Positions 1-8,892 of a stretch of 64,000 nucleotides of DNA are shown here, one piece after another. The notes beneath the pieces are model-generated. The model did not search any database. It saw nothing but the letters and a program-made list of their open reading frames with translations, and was not told where the DNA came from. The position numbers were made by a program, and so were the translations under genes. The DNA is from a virus (Duplodnaviria; Caudoviricetes): positions 1 to 64,000 of the IMG/VR virus record IMGVR_UViG_2518645549_000001. One strand, written 5' to 3'. The first letter of the stretch is position 1. Each line of letters begins with the position of its first letter.

Positions 1-978
1 ATGGCCACTTACGAGCAGCGCCCAGGCGGCGCATGGCGGGCAAAGATCCGCCGGAAAGGATACCCGTCTCTCTCAGCGACCTTCGACACCAAGGCCGAGG
101 CCCAGCGCTGGGCAGCGGAGATCGAGGGCGACATGTCGCGCGCCCGTTTCGTCGATATGCGAGAGGCGGAGCGAACCACCCTGACTGAAGCCTTGGATCG
201 GTACTCCAGGGAAGTCAGCTCGACCAAGAAAGGCGCGAAGCAGGAGCAGACCCGGATCAACAAGTGGAAGAAGCATCCATTTGCCGGTAAAGGCCTGGCT
301 GCTTTGCGATCAAGTGATTTTGCGTCGTTCAGGGATGAAGAGCTCAAGGCCGGCAAGTCCACGGCCACAGTCAGGCTCGACCTGGCAATCATCAGCCACC
401 TGTTCACGGTAGCCATCAAGGACTGGGGTATTGAGGGGCTGAGCAACCCGATGATGAAACTGCGCATGCCCAAGGGGGCAAAGGAGAGGGATCGCCGGCC
501 GAAGAGCTTCGAGCTGGCCGGCGTTATCGAGAAGGCGGGAGCGATTCACGCCGAGATGCCGGCGATCATCCAGATTGCGGTAGAGACGGCGATGCGGCGA
601 AGCGAGCTGCTGGGCCTGCGCCGGGAGAATGTGAAGGCCAAGCATGTGCTGCTCGAGGACACCAAGAACGGTACCCGGCGCCTGGTCCCACTCTCCACCA
701 AGGCGCGGGCGCTCATTGACGGGTTGCCGGCGCGTCTGGATGGAAAAGTGTTCTCGCTGGCGCCGCACTCGGTGAGCCAGTATTTCAACCGGGCCTGCAA
801 AGCGGCCAAGGTAGAAGACCTGCACTTCCATGACCTGCGCCACGAAGGTACATCCAGGCTCTTCGAGAAGGGATTGTCGATCATGGAGGTGGCATCGATC
901 ACCGGCCACAAAACGATGAGCATGCTCAAACGATATACCCACCTTTGCCCCGACGCGCTGGCGGACAAGCTGGGTTAG
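1..978 (+). CDS. int: Tyrosine recombinase / phage integrase
   Basis: AMRRSEL (R), TKNG (K), FHDLRH (HxxR), TGHK, RYTH (Y) catalytic motifs. Confidence 0.95.
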   Translation: MATYEQRPGGAWRAKIRRKGYPSLSATFDTKAEAQRWAAEIEGDMSRARFVDMREAERTTLTEALDRYSREVSSTKKGAKQEQTRINKWKKHPFAGKGLAALRSSDFASFRDEELKAGKSTATVRLDLAIISHLFTVAIKDWGIEGLSNPMMKLRMPKGAKERDRRPKSFELAGVIEKAGAIHAEMPAIIQIAVETAMRRSELLGLRRENVKAKHVLLEDTKNGTRRLVPLSTKARALIDGLPARLDGKVFSLAPHSVSQYFNRACKAAKVEDLHFHDLRHEGTSRLFEKGLSIMEVASITGHKTMSMLKRYTHLCPDALADKLG

Positions 979-1220
979 CGGATGCTGGCAAGCGTAGGTG
1001 GCGCTTGGCGCTTTCTGCCTGGCTTGGCTGGCGCGTGCAGACCCTGTTCGAACTCCTGTAGAAACTCGCGCACAGTGCTGACCCTCCAGCACACGCGTGC
1101 GCCTTGCTTGAAAAAAGGTGGCAGCCACGCTGCGCCGGCCTGCCGGGCACTGCGTATGGCTGATTCGGAACGACCCAACAACTTGGCCAGTTCGGGGATG
1201 TGGATGATCTCTGGTTCCAT
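975..1220 (-). CDS. Excisionase-like / AlpA-type HTH protein
   Basis: Small wHTH-like ORF (IPELAKLLGRSESAIR...VCWRVSTVREFL) convergent on and overlapping the int stop. Confidence 0.7.
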   Translation of the reverse strand: MEPEIIHIPELAKLLGRSESAIRSARQAGAAWLPPFFKQGARVCWRVSTVREFLQEFEQGLHAPAKPGRKRQAPPTLASIR

Positions 1221-1248
1221 ATAGGGCTCCTGCCGCACCCGGCGGCGA

Positions 1249-1491
1249 TCAGTAGGATGCGACGATCTTCTTCCGCTGCTCGTGCAGCGCGTTTTCTTTA
1301 GCTAGCTGTGCCTCGCGGTCGGCCAGCCACTTACTGGCTTTTTCTTGAGCCGCCTTTGCGCTGGAGAACAGCTTCGGCTTGGGGTGCTTCATGCCTTTGC
1401 TGTCCACGCAGAACAGGCCTTTACGCACAATGGTGACCTCCCTGACAGCGAAGTCTTCGCCCAGGGTGTAGGCCTTGAATGGGATGGTCAT
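1249..1491 (-). CDS. Phage hypothetical protein
   Basis: 80 aa ORF, phage-like codon usage, AGGA upstream. Confidence 0.6.
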   Translation of the reverse strand: MTIPFKAYTLGEDFAVREVTIVRKGLFCVDSKGMKHPKPKLFSSAKAAQEKASKWLADREAQLAKENALHEQRKKIVASY

Positions 1492-1582
1492 GTCTGGTCC
1501 TCTAGCTTAGAAATGGTGCCCGACCTGCACCGCCGATGCGGTTTCCACAGTGCGGAAGATCGTCGGGTGTCACGCCTTTAGG

Positions 1583-1591
1583 TGATATACT
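1583..1591 (+). promoter_or_regulatory. Putative extended -10 promoter of the T1SS moron
   Basis: TGaTATACT about 40 bp upstream of ATG 1629. Confidence 0.4.
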
Positions 1592-1628
1592 GTCAGCCGT
1601 TTTTTGCCTTCGAAATAGTAGGGATGCC

Positions 1629-3417
1629 ATGGCTGATATTCAGGAAAATCAATTGCAGGTTGCTCTCGCCGCCTGCAAGAGCAGCTTTCTGTCAGTTGGT
1701 TTTTTCAGTATCTTCGTGAATGCCTTGATGCTTGTGCCGACTTTCTACATGATTCAAATTTCCGGAAGAGTGGTGCCCTCCAATAGCACCTCCACTTTGA
1801 TTGTAATTACTGCTGTTATGACTTGGCTCGTAGTTACGCAGGGCTTGCTTCAGTGGGTTAGATCTAAAATTATGGTTCGCGCTAGTAATCGAATGGATGT
1901 AATTTTGAGTCCGCACGTATACCGTGCGAGCTTCAATCGGGCATTGAAGAGCGGGGGTAGTGATGCTACCGCTCAGTCTTTGAATGACTTAACATCGCTT
2001 AGGCAATTTATTACTGGTCACGGCCTTTTCTCATTCTTTGATGCGCCATGGTTTCCAATATATACCGCAGTAATGTTCTATTTTCATCCGTGGCTGGGTT
2101 GGTTTACAATTTTTTTGCGGCGCAGTGCTTGTCGTATTGGCGTTTGTTAATAATCGGATCACCGGTAAGGCCCATGCTGATGTAAATAAGGATATCGTTG
2201 CAACTAATGTCACCACCCAGAAGACTCTGCGAAATGCAGAAGTGATCGAGTCTATGGGGATGCTTGAGAAACTGATGAATCGTTGGGCCAGCAGGCAGCA
2301 GGGCATCCTGAAACTTCAATCTGATGTTAGCGATCAGGGCAAAACAATAAGCTCGATTTCAAAGGCATTTCGCATTTGGTCCCAGTCGATATCGCTAGCA
2401 ATTACTGCATATCTTGTGGTCAAGCACGAAATTAACCCAGGATTGCTCATAGCCGGCTCGCTTCTCCTGTCAAGGGCGCTGGCGCCAGTTGATCAAATTA
2501 TTGCAAGCTGGAAGGGTTTTGTTCAGGCAAAAGTTCAGTATAAGCGACTGACCTCGGTGTTGGCTGAGCTTGGGGAAAAACCGAAAGGCGCAATGCATCC
2601 AGCCCCAGCAGGTGACATTGAGGTTAAGGATCTTGTGGTCACTCCCCCTGGTGGAAAGACACCCGTTCTTCACGAGGTAAGCTTTGATGTCCCCGCAGGC
2701 TCGATTGTAGGCGTAATCGGTCCTAGTGCCGCAGGTAAGTCTTCACTTGCGCGCGCACTTATGAACATCTGGCCCAAACAGAGCGGCGAGATCTTGCTCG
2801 ATGGAATTGAAATTAGCTCGTGGGATAAGCGGGCACTTGGGCCATACGTCGGTTATTTGCCGCAGGATATCGAGCTGTTTGAGGGCTCCATCAGTGAAAA
2901 TATTTCCCGCTTCGAGGAGGTTGACTCTGAAAAAGTAGTGGAGGCCGCAAAGACAGCTGGCGTGCACGAGATGATTCTTCTGCTTCCAGAAGGCTACGAC
3001 ACCGTAATTGGAAGCGAGGGAATCAATCTCTCAGGCGGCCAGCGTCAGCGCATTGGCCTTGCCCGTGCCATCTACCGAAATCCGAGACTGATCGTGCTCG
3101 ATGAGCCTAATTCAAACTTGGATGAAATCGGGGAGCGCGCTTTGAGCGTGGCTTTGCGTAAGCTTAAAGAGGCGGGTTCCACGATCTTCGTCGTATCGCA
3201 CAGGCCGAGCGTTCTTACTGTCGTCGATCGGATTTTGGTGATGGCAGACGGAAAGGTCTCGCTTTACGGCGACCGCGATGCGGTTATTGGCCAATTGGCA
3301 CGGCAGAACGCGGCAACCCAGAAGCGCGCCGCCCCACTTGCTGTAGTTGATGCACACACTGGACCGTCCTCGGTCACTAGCGGTCCATCCATGCCTGGCA
3401 ATGTCTCTCCGGTGTAG
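1629..3417 (+). pseudogene. Type I secretion ABC permease/ATPase (AprD/PrtD/HasD family), frameshifted at a T7 run
   Basis: TM domain plus Walker A GPSAAGKS, YLPQD, LSGGQ, LIVLDEP; T7 at 2110-2116 splits it into two ORFs, T6 would give one 595 aa frame. Confidence 0.85.
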
Positions 3418-3470
3418 TGTGGATTTGTAGAATGGAAGTGTGCAGCGCGCAGTATGTTGGCGAGGCCTCT

Positions 3471-3605
3471 GCTTTCTCTCAGCAATTTTGGCTTTCCCTT
3501 TGAGCCAAGAAAATCGCCACATTTCCGTTCCTCGAGCCAACACGTCTGGCTCTTGGGGCGGAGCCCTCCAGTCGTTTCGGCTACCGCATCAGGTGTGATG
3601 AATAT
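3471..3605 (-). pseudogene. Decayed DUF4224-type excisionase
   Basis: After GGAG, ATA-FITPDAVAETTGGLRPKSQTCWLEERKCGDFLGSKGKPKLLRE; same position as the intact DUF4224 gene of prophage 2. Confidence 0.6.
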
Positions 3606-3643
3606 GGTTATTCTCCACGCCGCCGGTGGCAGCAGGTTGGTGG

Positions 3644-4141
3644 TCAGGCTGGGGTCTTGGCCAACACTGCATCGGTGATCTTGATCGCGGCCTGGGCATC
3701 ATCGACGTAAGCTGGATCGAAGCCGCCGGCGTAGTGGATCACCCGCTGGCAGGCGTCCAGTTCTTTGCGAGCCAGGCGGAGTGCTTGAACCAGTTCTTCC
3801 TGCAGCGCTCCCTCGGCCCGGCCGATATTCCAAAACTCCTGACCCCAGTGATCAGCAGGCGGCGGGTTGCTGTTTTGCTTGCCGCAAGCCATGGCCCCGA
3901 TGATCGCGTCGCAGAGCAGGCGCTTGTAGATGTTCTCGCCATCAAGGCTCAGGCCACCGCGACGGCGCAGGGTGCTCACGACCTCGTCTACGTTGAGGCC
4001 GCTGTCCTTGAGCACGATATCGAGCTCAGGCTTTTCAGGGGTGTAGATGACTAGAGCCAGCTTGGCTTCCGGCCAGAGATCGGCCGCCAGGCGCTCCAGG
4101 CAGTCGTTCGCGGTATGGTGGAATCGTTCTGTTGCGGACAT
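3644..4141 (-). CDS. Phage hypothetical protein
   Basis: 165 aa ORF in the early-left operon, GAGGA upstream. Confidence 0.7.
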   Translation of the reverse strand: MSATERFHHTANDCLERLAADLWPEAKLALVIYTPEKPELDIVLKDSGLNVDEVVSTLRRRGGLSLDGENIYKRLLCDAIIGAMACGKQNSNPPPADHWGQEFWNIGRAEGALQEELVQALRLARKELDACQRVIHYAGGFDPAYVDDAQAAIKITDAVLAKTPA

Positions 4142-4192
4142 GGGGAATCCTCGCCCGCGCATGTCGGCGGGCTTGAGTTGTATGGGGAGGGG

Positions 4193-4384
4193 TTAGGCTT
4201 CTGGCTCGAAGCAGCGTTTGTAGCGGGACCGGTATTCCTCGCGGTCAAGGTTGGCGTGCAGTTCTTGCTCGCGACCGGCGGCCCACATCTGGTTATGGCG
4301 CTTGTTGCAGGTGAATCCGGTGTCCGATTCGTGCTCGCCGTCGACCCACTCCAGCCACTTGCAGGTGTTGCAGTTCTTGCTCAT
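4193..4384 (-). CDS. Small Cys-containing hypothetical protein
   Basis: MSKNCNTCKW..., coupled to the upstream peptide gene. Confidence 0.55.
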   Translation of the reverse strand: MSKNCNTCKWLEWVDGEHESDTGFTCNKRHNQMWAAGREQELHANLDREEYRSRYKRCFEPEA

Positions 4385-4440
4385 CGCGGCGCCTTCCATA
4401 CCAGGTAGGCCATGTACATCAGGGGCAGGATCATTGGCAT
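4381..4440 (-). CDS. Conserved hydrophobic micropeptide MPMILPLMYMAYLVWKAPR
   Basis: AAGGAG RBS; near-identical peptide in prophage 2 (52680-52733). Confidence 0.5.
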   Translation of the reverse strand: MPMILPLMYMAYLVWKAPR

Positions 4441-4763
4441 AGCTCCTTCGGCACGTTGATGGTTTCGCCACGGGCGTGGTGCACGACGGCCCGGGCTGCA
4501 GCTTCTGCCCGTGTATCGCCGGGCTGGCGGTCGAGAGGGTGACCCGACACACAGGCCAGCCAGGGCCAGCTGTACCCGCGCTCGATCCACATGCCATGCT
4601 TCTGGATCAGGTGCTCGCCGGTTGCGTCGTCGATGGCCTGACCACCGAGCGGCAGTTGCAGTTGGCCGGCGGCTTGCGGGATCGGACCGTCGACCATTTC
4701 GACGGCCCAGAGCAACGCCTTGCCGGCCAGGTCGCAGGTTGAAACCTTGATCATGCTGGGCAT
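4431..4763 (-). CDS. DUF2591/NinX-like protein
   Basis: DLAGKALLWAV N-terminus and VPKEL C-terminus shared with two paralogues. Confidence 0.65.
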   Translation of the reverse strand: MPSMIKVSTCDLAGKALLWAVEMVDGPIPQAAGQLQLPLGGQAIDDATGEHLIQKHGMWIERGYSWPWLACVSGHPLDRQPGDTRAEAAARAVVHHARGETINVPKELCQ

Positions 4764-5215
4764 GGGATCAGCTCCTTGGGCACTTGGACGATATCACCGA
4801 GCTCAAACTGGGCGATCGCCTGCATGGCGACAATCAGTGGGTTGTTGGGGTGGTGGAACGCGGTGCGGCGGTGCTTTCGCTCTTTGCCGAAGATCGTGCT
4901 ACTCCAAAGGCCCGACTCGTAGTAACCGTTGCGCTTGTCCATGTAGCCGAAGTTGCGGTGCACGGCGCTTGTCGGTGGCGACAGCGAAACCTGGTACTTC
5001 TCGATCAGCTTCCCGCCCAGCGCCCAGTCTTCCCACGGGTTGTAGCGCTCGGTACGCTCGGTCACCGTCGCGCGGTACCGGGCGAACACCCGCCATGGCA
5101 CGCCGTTGTACCCGGGAGGTTCCAGGTACACATCCAGCCCCTCGGCCTTGCCGACAGCCCACCCCAGAGCCTCGCCGGTCAAGTCGGCCGTCTTCACTTC
5201 GATCAGGTCGGTCAT
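4751..5215 (-). CDS. DUF2591/NinX-like protein
   Basis: MTDLIEVKTADLTGEALGWAV...YNPWEDWALGGKLIEKY...VQVPKEL. Confidence 0.75.
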   Translation of the reverse strand: MTDLIEVKTADLTGEALGWAVGKAEGLDVYLEPPGYNGVPWRVFARYRATVTERTERYNPWEDWALGGKLIEKYQVSLSPPTSAVHRNFGYMDKRNGYYESGLWSSTIFGKERKHRRTAFHHPNNPLIVAMQAIAQFELGDIVQVPKELIPCPA

Positions 5216-5520
5216 GGCGCCACCTGCTTGGCCTTGGCCGCTTTGGCGCGCTCGATGTTGCCGAACTTGCTCTTGCGCTGGATATCCTTGAAGTTGCGGC
5301 ATCCGGACATGAACAGGGTGGAGGTCAGGTCTTTGCGGCTCCGACCAACTTCCATAATCCCTTTCACACCGTGGCGGCACAGCACATAGGCCCTCTTGTA
5401 ATCTCCACTGCGCAGCATGGTTGTGTAGAACGCTAGGCGCATTGCTAGGCGCCAACTGTCGCTGTCGTCAGATGGGCGCATGCGGCGGGTGTACAGCTGA
5501 CCTTTACGATACTTGCTCAC
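5212..5520 (-). CDS. Phage hypothetical protein
   Basis: 102 aa ORF with 4-bp overlaps at both ends. Confidence 0.65.
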   Translation of the reverse strand: MSKYRKGQLYTRRMRPSDDSDSWRLAMRLAFYTTMLRSGDYKRAYVLCRHGVKGIMEVGRSRKDLTSTLFMSGCRNFKDIQRKSKFGNIERAKAAKAKQVAP

Positions 5521-5771
5521 AGCTGATACCTCTCATCAATCCAGCGCCCAGGCGCCAGTGCGGGTGTAGGTTCGGGTTGTGTTTCGTGCGGGGAGAGCTG
5601 GCGCTGGTTGCCGTCCTGCAGCTGGCTGTCGGGGATGCAGCTGATCCCGACCCCGTTGAGCAGGTAGCAGGTGACGCCGCGCTGGCTGTCGTGCTGCACG
5701 TCGATGACGTTCTCGGTTGCGCTGGTGCCGTTGGCCAGCAGAAGGAGGCAGAGGGCGAGGCGGGGTATCAT
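5517..5771 (-). CDS. Small secreted protein with signal peptide and two Cys
   Basis: RLALCLLLLA signal; near-identical to 53695-53946. Confidence 0.7.
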   Translation of the reverse strand: MIPRLALCLLLLANGTSATENVIDVQHDSQRGVTCYLLNGVGISCIPDSQLQDGNQRQLSPHETQPEPTPALAPGRWIDERYQL

Positions 5772-6121
5772 GGCCACTCCTTACTGGTCCGCTCGCATTG
5801 GGCAGCCAGCTTCAGCAGGTTGATGGTGGTTGGGCGGAACCCTTCAATGTTGGGATATCCCTCAAAGCGATGGCCGTTCGGGTAGGCCTCGAACGGCCCG
5901 TGCCAGCACCAGTTCATCTGCCAGTCATCCCAGACGGTGTAGGCGTCCTGGCCTTCGCCCCAGTAATCCAGGCCGCCGCCAACGCTCAGAACGTGCCGCA
6001 CGCTTGAGCCCTGGTCGTACGCCAGTTCCGTCGGCTCCTCATCACGCCAGGCCTTGCGGTAGACCGAAGGCAACAACTCGACCAAGCGTTTACTGAGTTT
6101 CTTCTCGATGCGTGCCTTCAT
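5768..6121 (-). CDS. Phage hypothetical protein
   Basis: 117 aa ORF, translationally coupled. Confidence 0.7.
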   Translation of the reverse strand: MKARIEKKLSKRLVELLPSVYRKAWRDEEPTELAYDQGSSVRHVLSVGGGLDYWGEGQDAYTVWDDWQMNWCWHGPFEAYPNGHRFEGYPNIEGFRPTTINLLKLAAQCERTSKEWP

Positions 6122-6480
6122 GGGTTCACCTTTTCAAAGTGGAACGCGACCTCGGCGCCGGTCTCGGCGATCAAGCCGTAGGTCTTGGCCAGGCGATAGA
6201 TGGGGTGGTACTGATTGAGGCTGTTCACGTGGCCGGCGAGCCAGCGGCGCCAGTCCTCCAGCTGCATGCGGGCCTTGCTCAGGTTGCAGGACACGCAGGC
6301 CGGCATCATGTTGGCCAGGTTGTGGTTCTGCAGATGCTCGGCCACCCGGTCATCAGGCAGGCGAATCACCGGAGCTAAGTGGTCGGCGTGCCAGCGGTCG
6401 CCCAGGGCATTGCCGCAGTAGGCGCAGAGGCCGCCGTACTTCATGCGGACCTGCTCGCGCTCAGCTTTCTTGAGGCGCAC
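6118..6480 (-). CDS. HNH endonuclease
   Basis: CAYCG...ADHLAP...NMMPACVSCNLSK. Confidence 0.85.
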   Translation of the reverse strand: MRLKKAEREQVRMKYGGLCAYCGNALGDRWHADHLAPVIRLPDDRVAEHLQNHNLANMMPACVSCNLSKARMQLEDWRRWLAGHVNSLNQYHPIYRLAKTYGLIAETGAEVAFHFEKVNP

Positions 6481-6560
6481 GAGTTCTCCTTGGCCGCCAT
6501 ATCGCGGCAGTGAATAGAGGGGAGAGGGGTTACAGCGAAAAGAGTACGGATGTACTCCTG

Positions 6561-7244
6561 TCAGGATCTGGCGGTGATCAGGGCGGTCTGGCCGGCACAG
6601 GCGTCACACGCTCGGTCAGTTGGTTGCTCCACCTGGCATGCTTGGCACGACCAGGTCGGCGAGCTTGGTCCGGCGCTGGCGGATAGGGCGTCAGCGATTC
6701 GGCGGAGTTCGTAGGCCGCATCCTTCAGCCTGGCGTCTGCTGTGTCGACAGCCTTGTCCACTCGGGCCCGGGTCATTTTCTTGTCTTCGTCCTGCAGGTC
6801 TTGCAGGGCGAATAGCGGCGCGCTGATCAGGTGGGCAGCCAAACGGATCAGCTTGCCTGAACTGTCGCGCAGCAGCTCATTCCGCTCGTCCAGCTGGGCG
6901 CGCAAGGTGGCGGTCTCCATTCTTGCAGCACGTAGTTCAGAGCTGTGAAGCTCAAGCAGCCTGGTGCCCGTGAGGGGCGCCGCACCTGATCCCAAAACCC
7001 GAGCCTCAATTGACGCCCAGGCAAGCTCATACTCGGGCCAGTCGCTTTCGATCACCAGAAACTGCCGAGGCGGGGCACCGGCGGCGAACATACGTTCATG
7101 CGCGACTCTGGAAGCTTTCGAAAACTCGATGCGTTGCTTTCCTGGAATTTTGTCCAGGTCGCTGCGCTTGATGACGATGTATCGGTCTTCGCGGTGGAGC
7201 ACGCTGACCATCTCTGTGTTGCTGGATCGGTTTTCTGTGGGCAT
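6561..7244 (-). CDS. Phage hypothetical protein with MPTENRSS leader and C-terminal zinc ribbon
   Basis: Coiled coil plus CQAC...CDAC; N-terminus shared with 54687-55046. Confidence 0.7.
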   Translation of the reverse strand: MPTENRSSNTEMVSVLHREDRYIVIKRSDLDKIPGKQRIEFSKASRVAHERMFAAGAPPRQFLVIESDWPEYELAWASIEARVLGSGAAPLTGTRLLELHSSELRAARMETATLRAQLDERNELLRDSSGKLIRLAAHLISAPLFALQDLQDEDKKMTRARVDKAVDTADARLKDAAYELRRIADALSASAGPSSPTWSCQACQVEQPTDRACDACAGQTALITARS

Positions 7245-7303
7245 GGGGATGCATCTCAAAAATAAGTTAACATCGCGCTATACGCGACCCAAGGTGGAAA
7301 GGA

Positions 7304-8074
7304 ATGACCTACGAAAAACGACTTCTTTGCTTCTTCGACTTGTTAGGGTTCTCTGCTGCAATTAAGCAAGCAGAGCAAGAGCCAAAGTTATTGGAGGCCA
7401 TGTCCCGTCTATTTGGAGAGTTCAAAAACGGTGGGCTAGAGACCGCCATGTATGGCGCAGTACCATACCTTGATGAGAATGGCGTTAAAACGTTGCAGGA
7501 GCATTTTGGAGACCTGCTTCTTGAGAAGGGCGATGAGGCTTACAAACTGGTGGCCACCCAATTCTCAGATTCTTTCGTAATATCCGCCCCTGCTGACAAT
7601 CCTGGTGCATGCAATCTACTGCTTCACGCTATTAAAATCGTGCATTTACAATTCTTCTTCGGCATAGGAATGCTAATGAGAGGAGGCGTTGCATTAGGTA
7701 ATGTCGTACATGAGCGCGGCGGGGCTCTTTTTGGGCCAGCTATGATTGAGGCCTACGAGCTTGAGAGCAGGCATGCAGTGTATTCGCGGGTTGTTGTTTC
7801 AAAAGACGCGGCTGATTTTATCAGTGAAAAACTATGGTTCTCCGATCTGAAAAGTGCATTTTTCAAAGGTTTCGATGGGCTGACTTCATTCGACCTTATC
7901 TCGGCCATGCTTCATCATAAGACATTCAGAAACGACAGAAATGGCGTTGAGGCTCAACTGCGAGCGGTAGAAACAGATATTCTTGAGAATGCCTCCGCTG
8001 CACATCCAAAAATTGCCTATTTACTGGACCGCTGGCAACGCGAATCTCATAATTTTGCGCAGAAGGCCAAGTAA
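7304..8074 (+). CDS. Class III nucleotide cyclase-like moron protein
   Basis: FFDLLGFS, QFSDSF, MRGGVALG, FGPAMIEAYELES motifs; lower GC; antisense to operon. Confidence 0.65.
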   Translation: MTYEKRLLCFFDLLGFSAAIKQAEQEPKLLEAMSRLFGEFKNGGLETAMYGAVPYLDENGVKTLQEHFGDLLLEKGDEAYKLVATQFSDSFVISAPADNPGACNLLLHAIKIVHLQFFFGIGMLMRGGVALGNVVHERGGALFGPAMIEAYELESRHAVYSRVVVSKDAADFISEKLWFSDLKSAFFKGFDGLTSFDLISAMLHHKTFRNDRNGVEAQLRAVETDILENASAAHPKIAYLLDRWQRESHNFAQKAK

Positions 8075-8124
8075 GTCCTCAATTGGTTCCTGAGCTCAGA
8101 AACCTAGCGGGCAGCGCCGGAGGG

Positions 8125-8541
8125 TCAGACGGCGGCGCGAACCTTGAAGCTCAGCATGGCGGTGGCGTCGTCGTTGAAGCACTCAGCCAGGTCTTGATAC
8201 ACCCGGTACTTGGCCTGGCTGCGGGTAGCTGCCCACACGCGCTGCACGTCATGGCGGGCATCGCCCAGCATATACCGGACGTCATACCAGTCGTACATAC
8301 CGTTGGTGAGCACCTCCCACTGCTTGAGCGGCAGCTTCTCGGCCATTTCGCCGTACTGCATTTTCCAGGTGGGGTGGTAGTTGCGGATTCGCTTCTTCGG
8401 GTCGCTGTCGAGGATGACGCCGATGTACTGACCGCGGTCGGCCATGATTACGCCAGGCTCGCCGTTGGCGATCACGCGGCGCCCAACCTCGGCAGGGACA
8501 TCGTAGGTGCGACGAACGTAGTCACAGTTATAGTTGCTCAT
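8125..8541 (-). CDS. Phage hypothetical protein
   Basis: DYVRRTYDVPAEVGRRV...YHPTW; GGAGG RBS. Confidence 0.75.
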   Translation of the reverse strand: MSNYNCDYVRRTYDVPAEVGRRVIANGEPGVIMADRGQYIGVILDSDPKKRIRNYHPTWKMQYGEMAEKLPLKQWEVLTNGMYDWYDVRYMLGDARHDVQRVWAATRSQAKYRVYQDLAECFNDDATAMLSFKVRAAV

Positions 8542-8647
8542 GGGGTCCTCCATGCATGTGCCGACAATGCGGGCAATTACGCGATAGTGGCAATTTGATG
8601 TCTTTAGGAGTATTTGTTGTCTTCCAGCCCAACGAGATGAACCCCCG

Positions 8648-8869
8648 ATGGACCGCGAGCCAACAAACCAGGAAGTCGCAGCAGTTCTCGGAATTGATAA
8701 GGATCAGGTTGATAAGTACCGTCAGGAGGCTGTGCTATTGGGCGACGGATCCTGGCTTATCCACTTTTCCTACGACATGCCGCGAGAGCTGCGGCACAGC
8801 TTCACCGGTAGCTTCACGGCGATCGTCGAATGCGTTGCAACTTGTGTTGACGCCCGCTCAGTCGACTGA
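8648..8869 (+). CDS. Small moron protein
   Basis: 73 aa antisense ORF downstream of a linker repeat. Confidence 0.6.
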   Translation: MDREPTNQEVAAVLGIDKDQVDKYRQEAVLLGDGSWLIHFSYDMPRELRHSFTGSFTAIVECVATCVDARSVD

Positions 8870-8892
8870 GGCTGGCGGGCAGCGAAGGACGG

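Noticed and set aside
1-978. Shufflon (Rci-like) or tail-fibre inversion system
   Set aside because: The recombinase is paired with an excisionase at the prophage end, and I saw no inverted crossover repeats or silent fibre cassettes
7304-8074. Complete Pycsar or CBASS system
   Set aside because: No adjacent co-oriented effector gene
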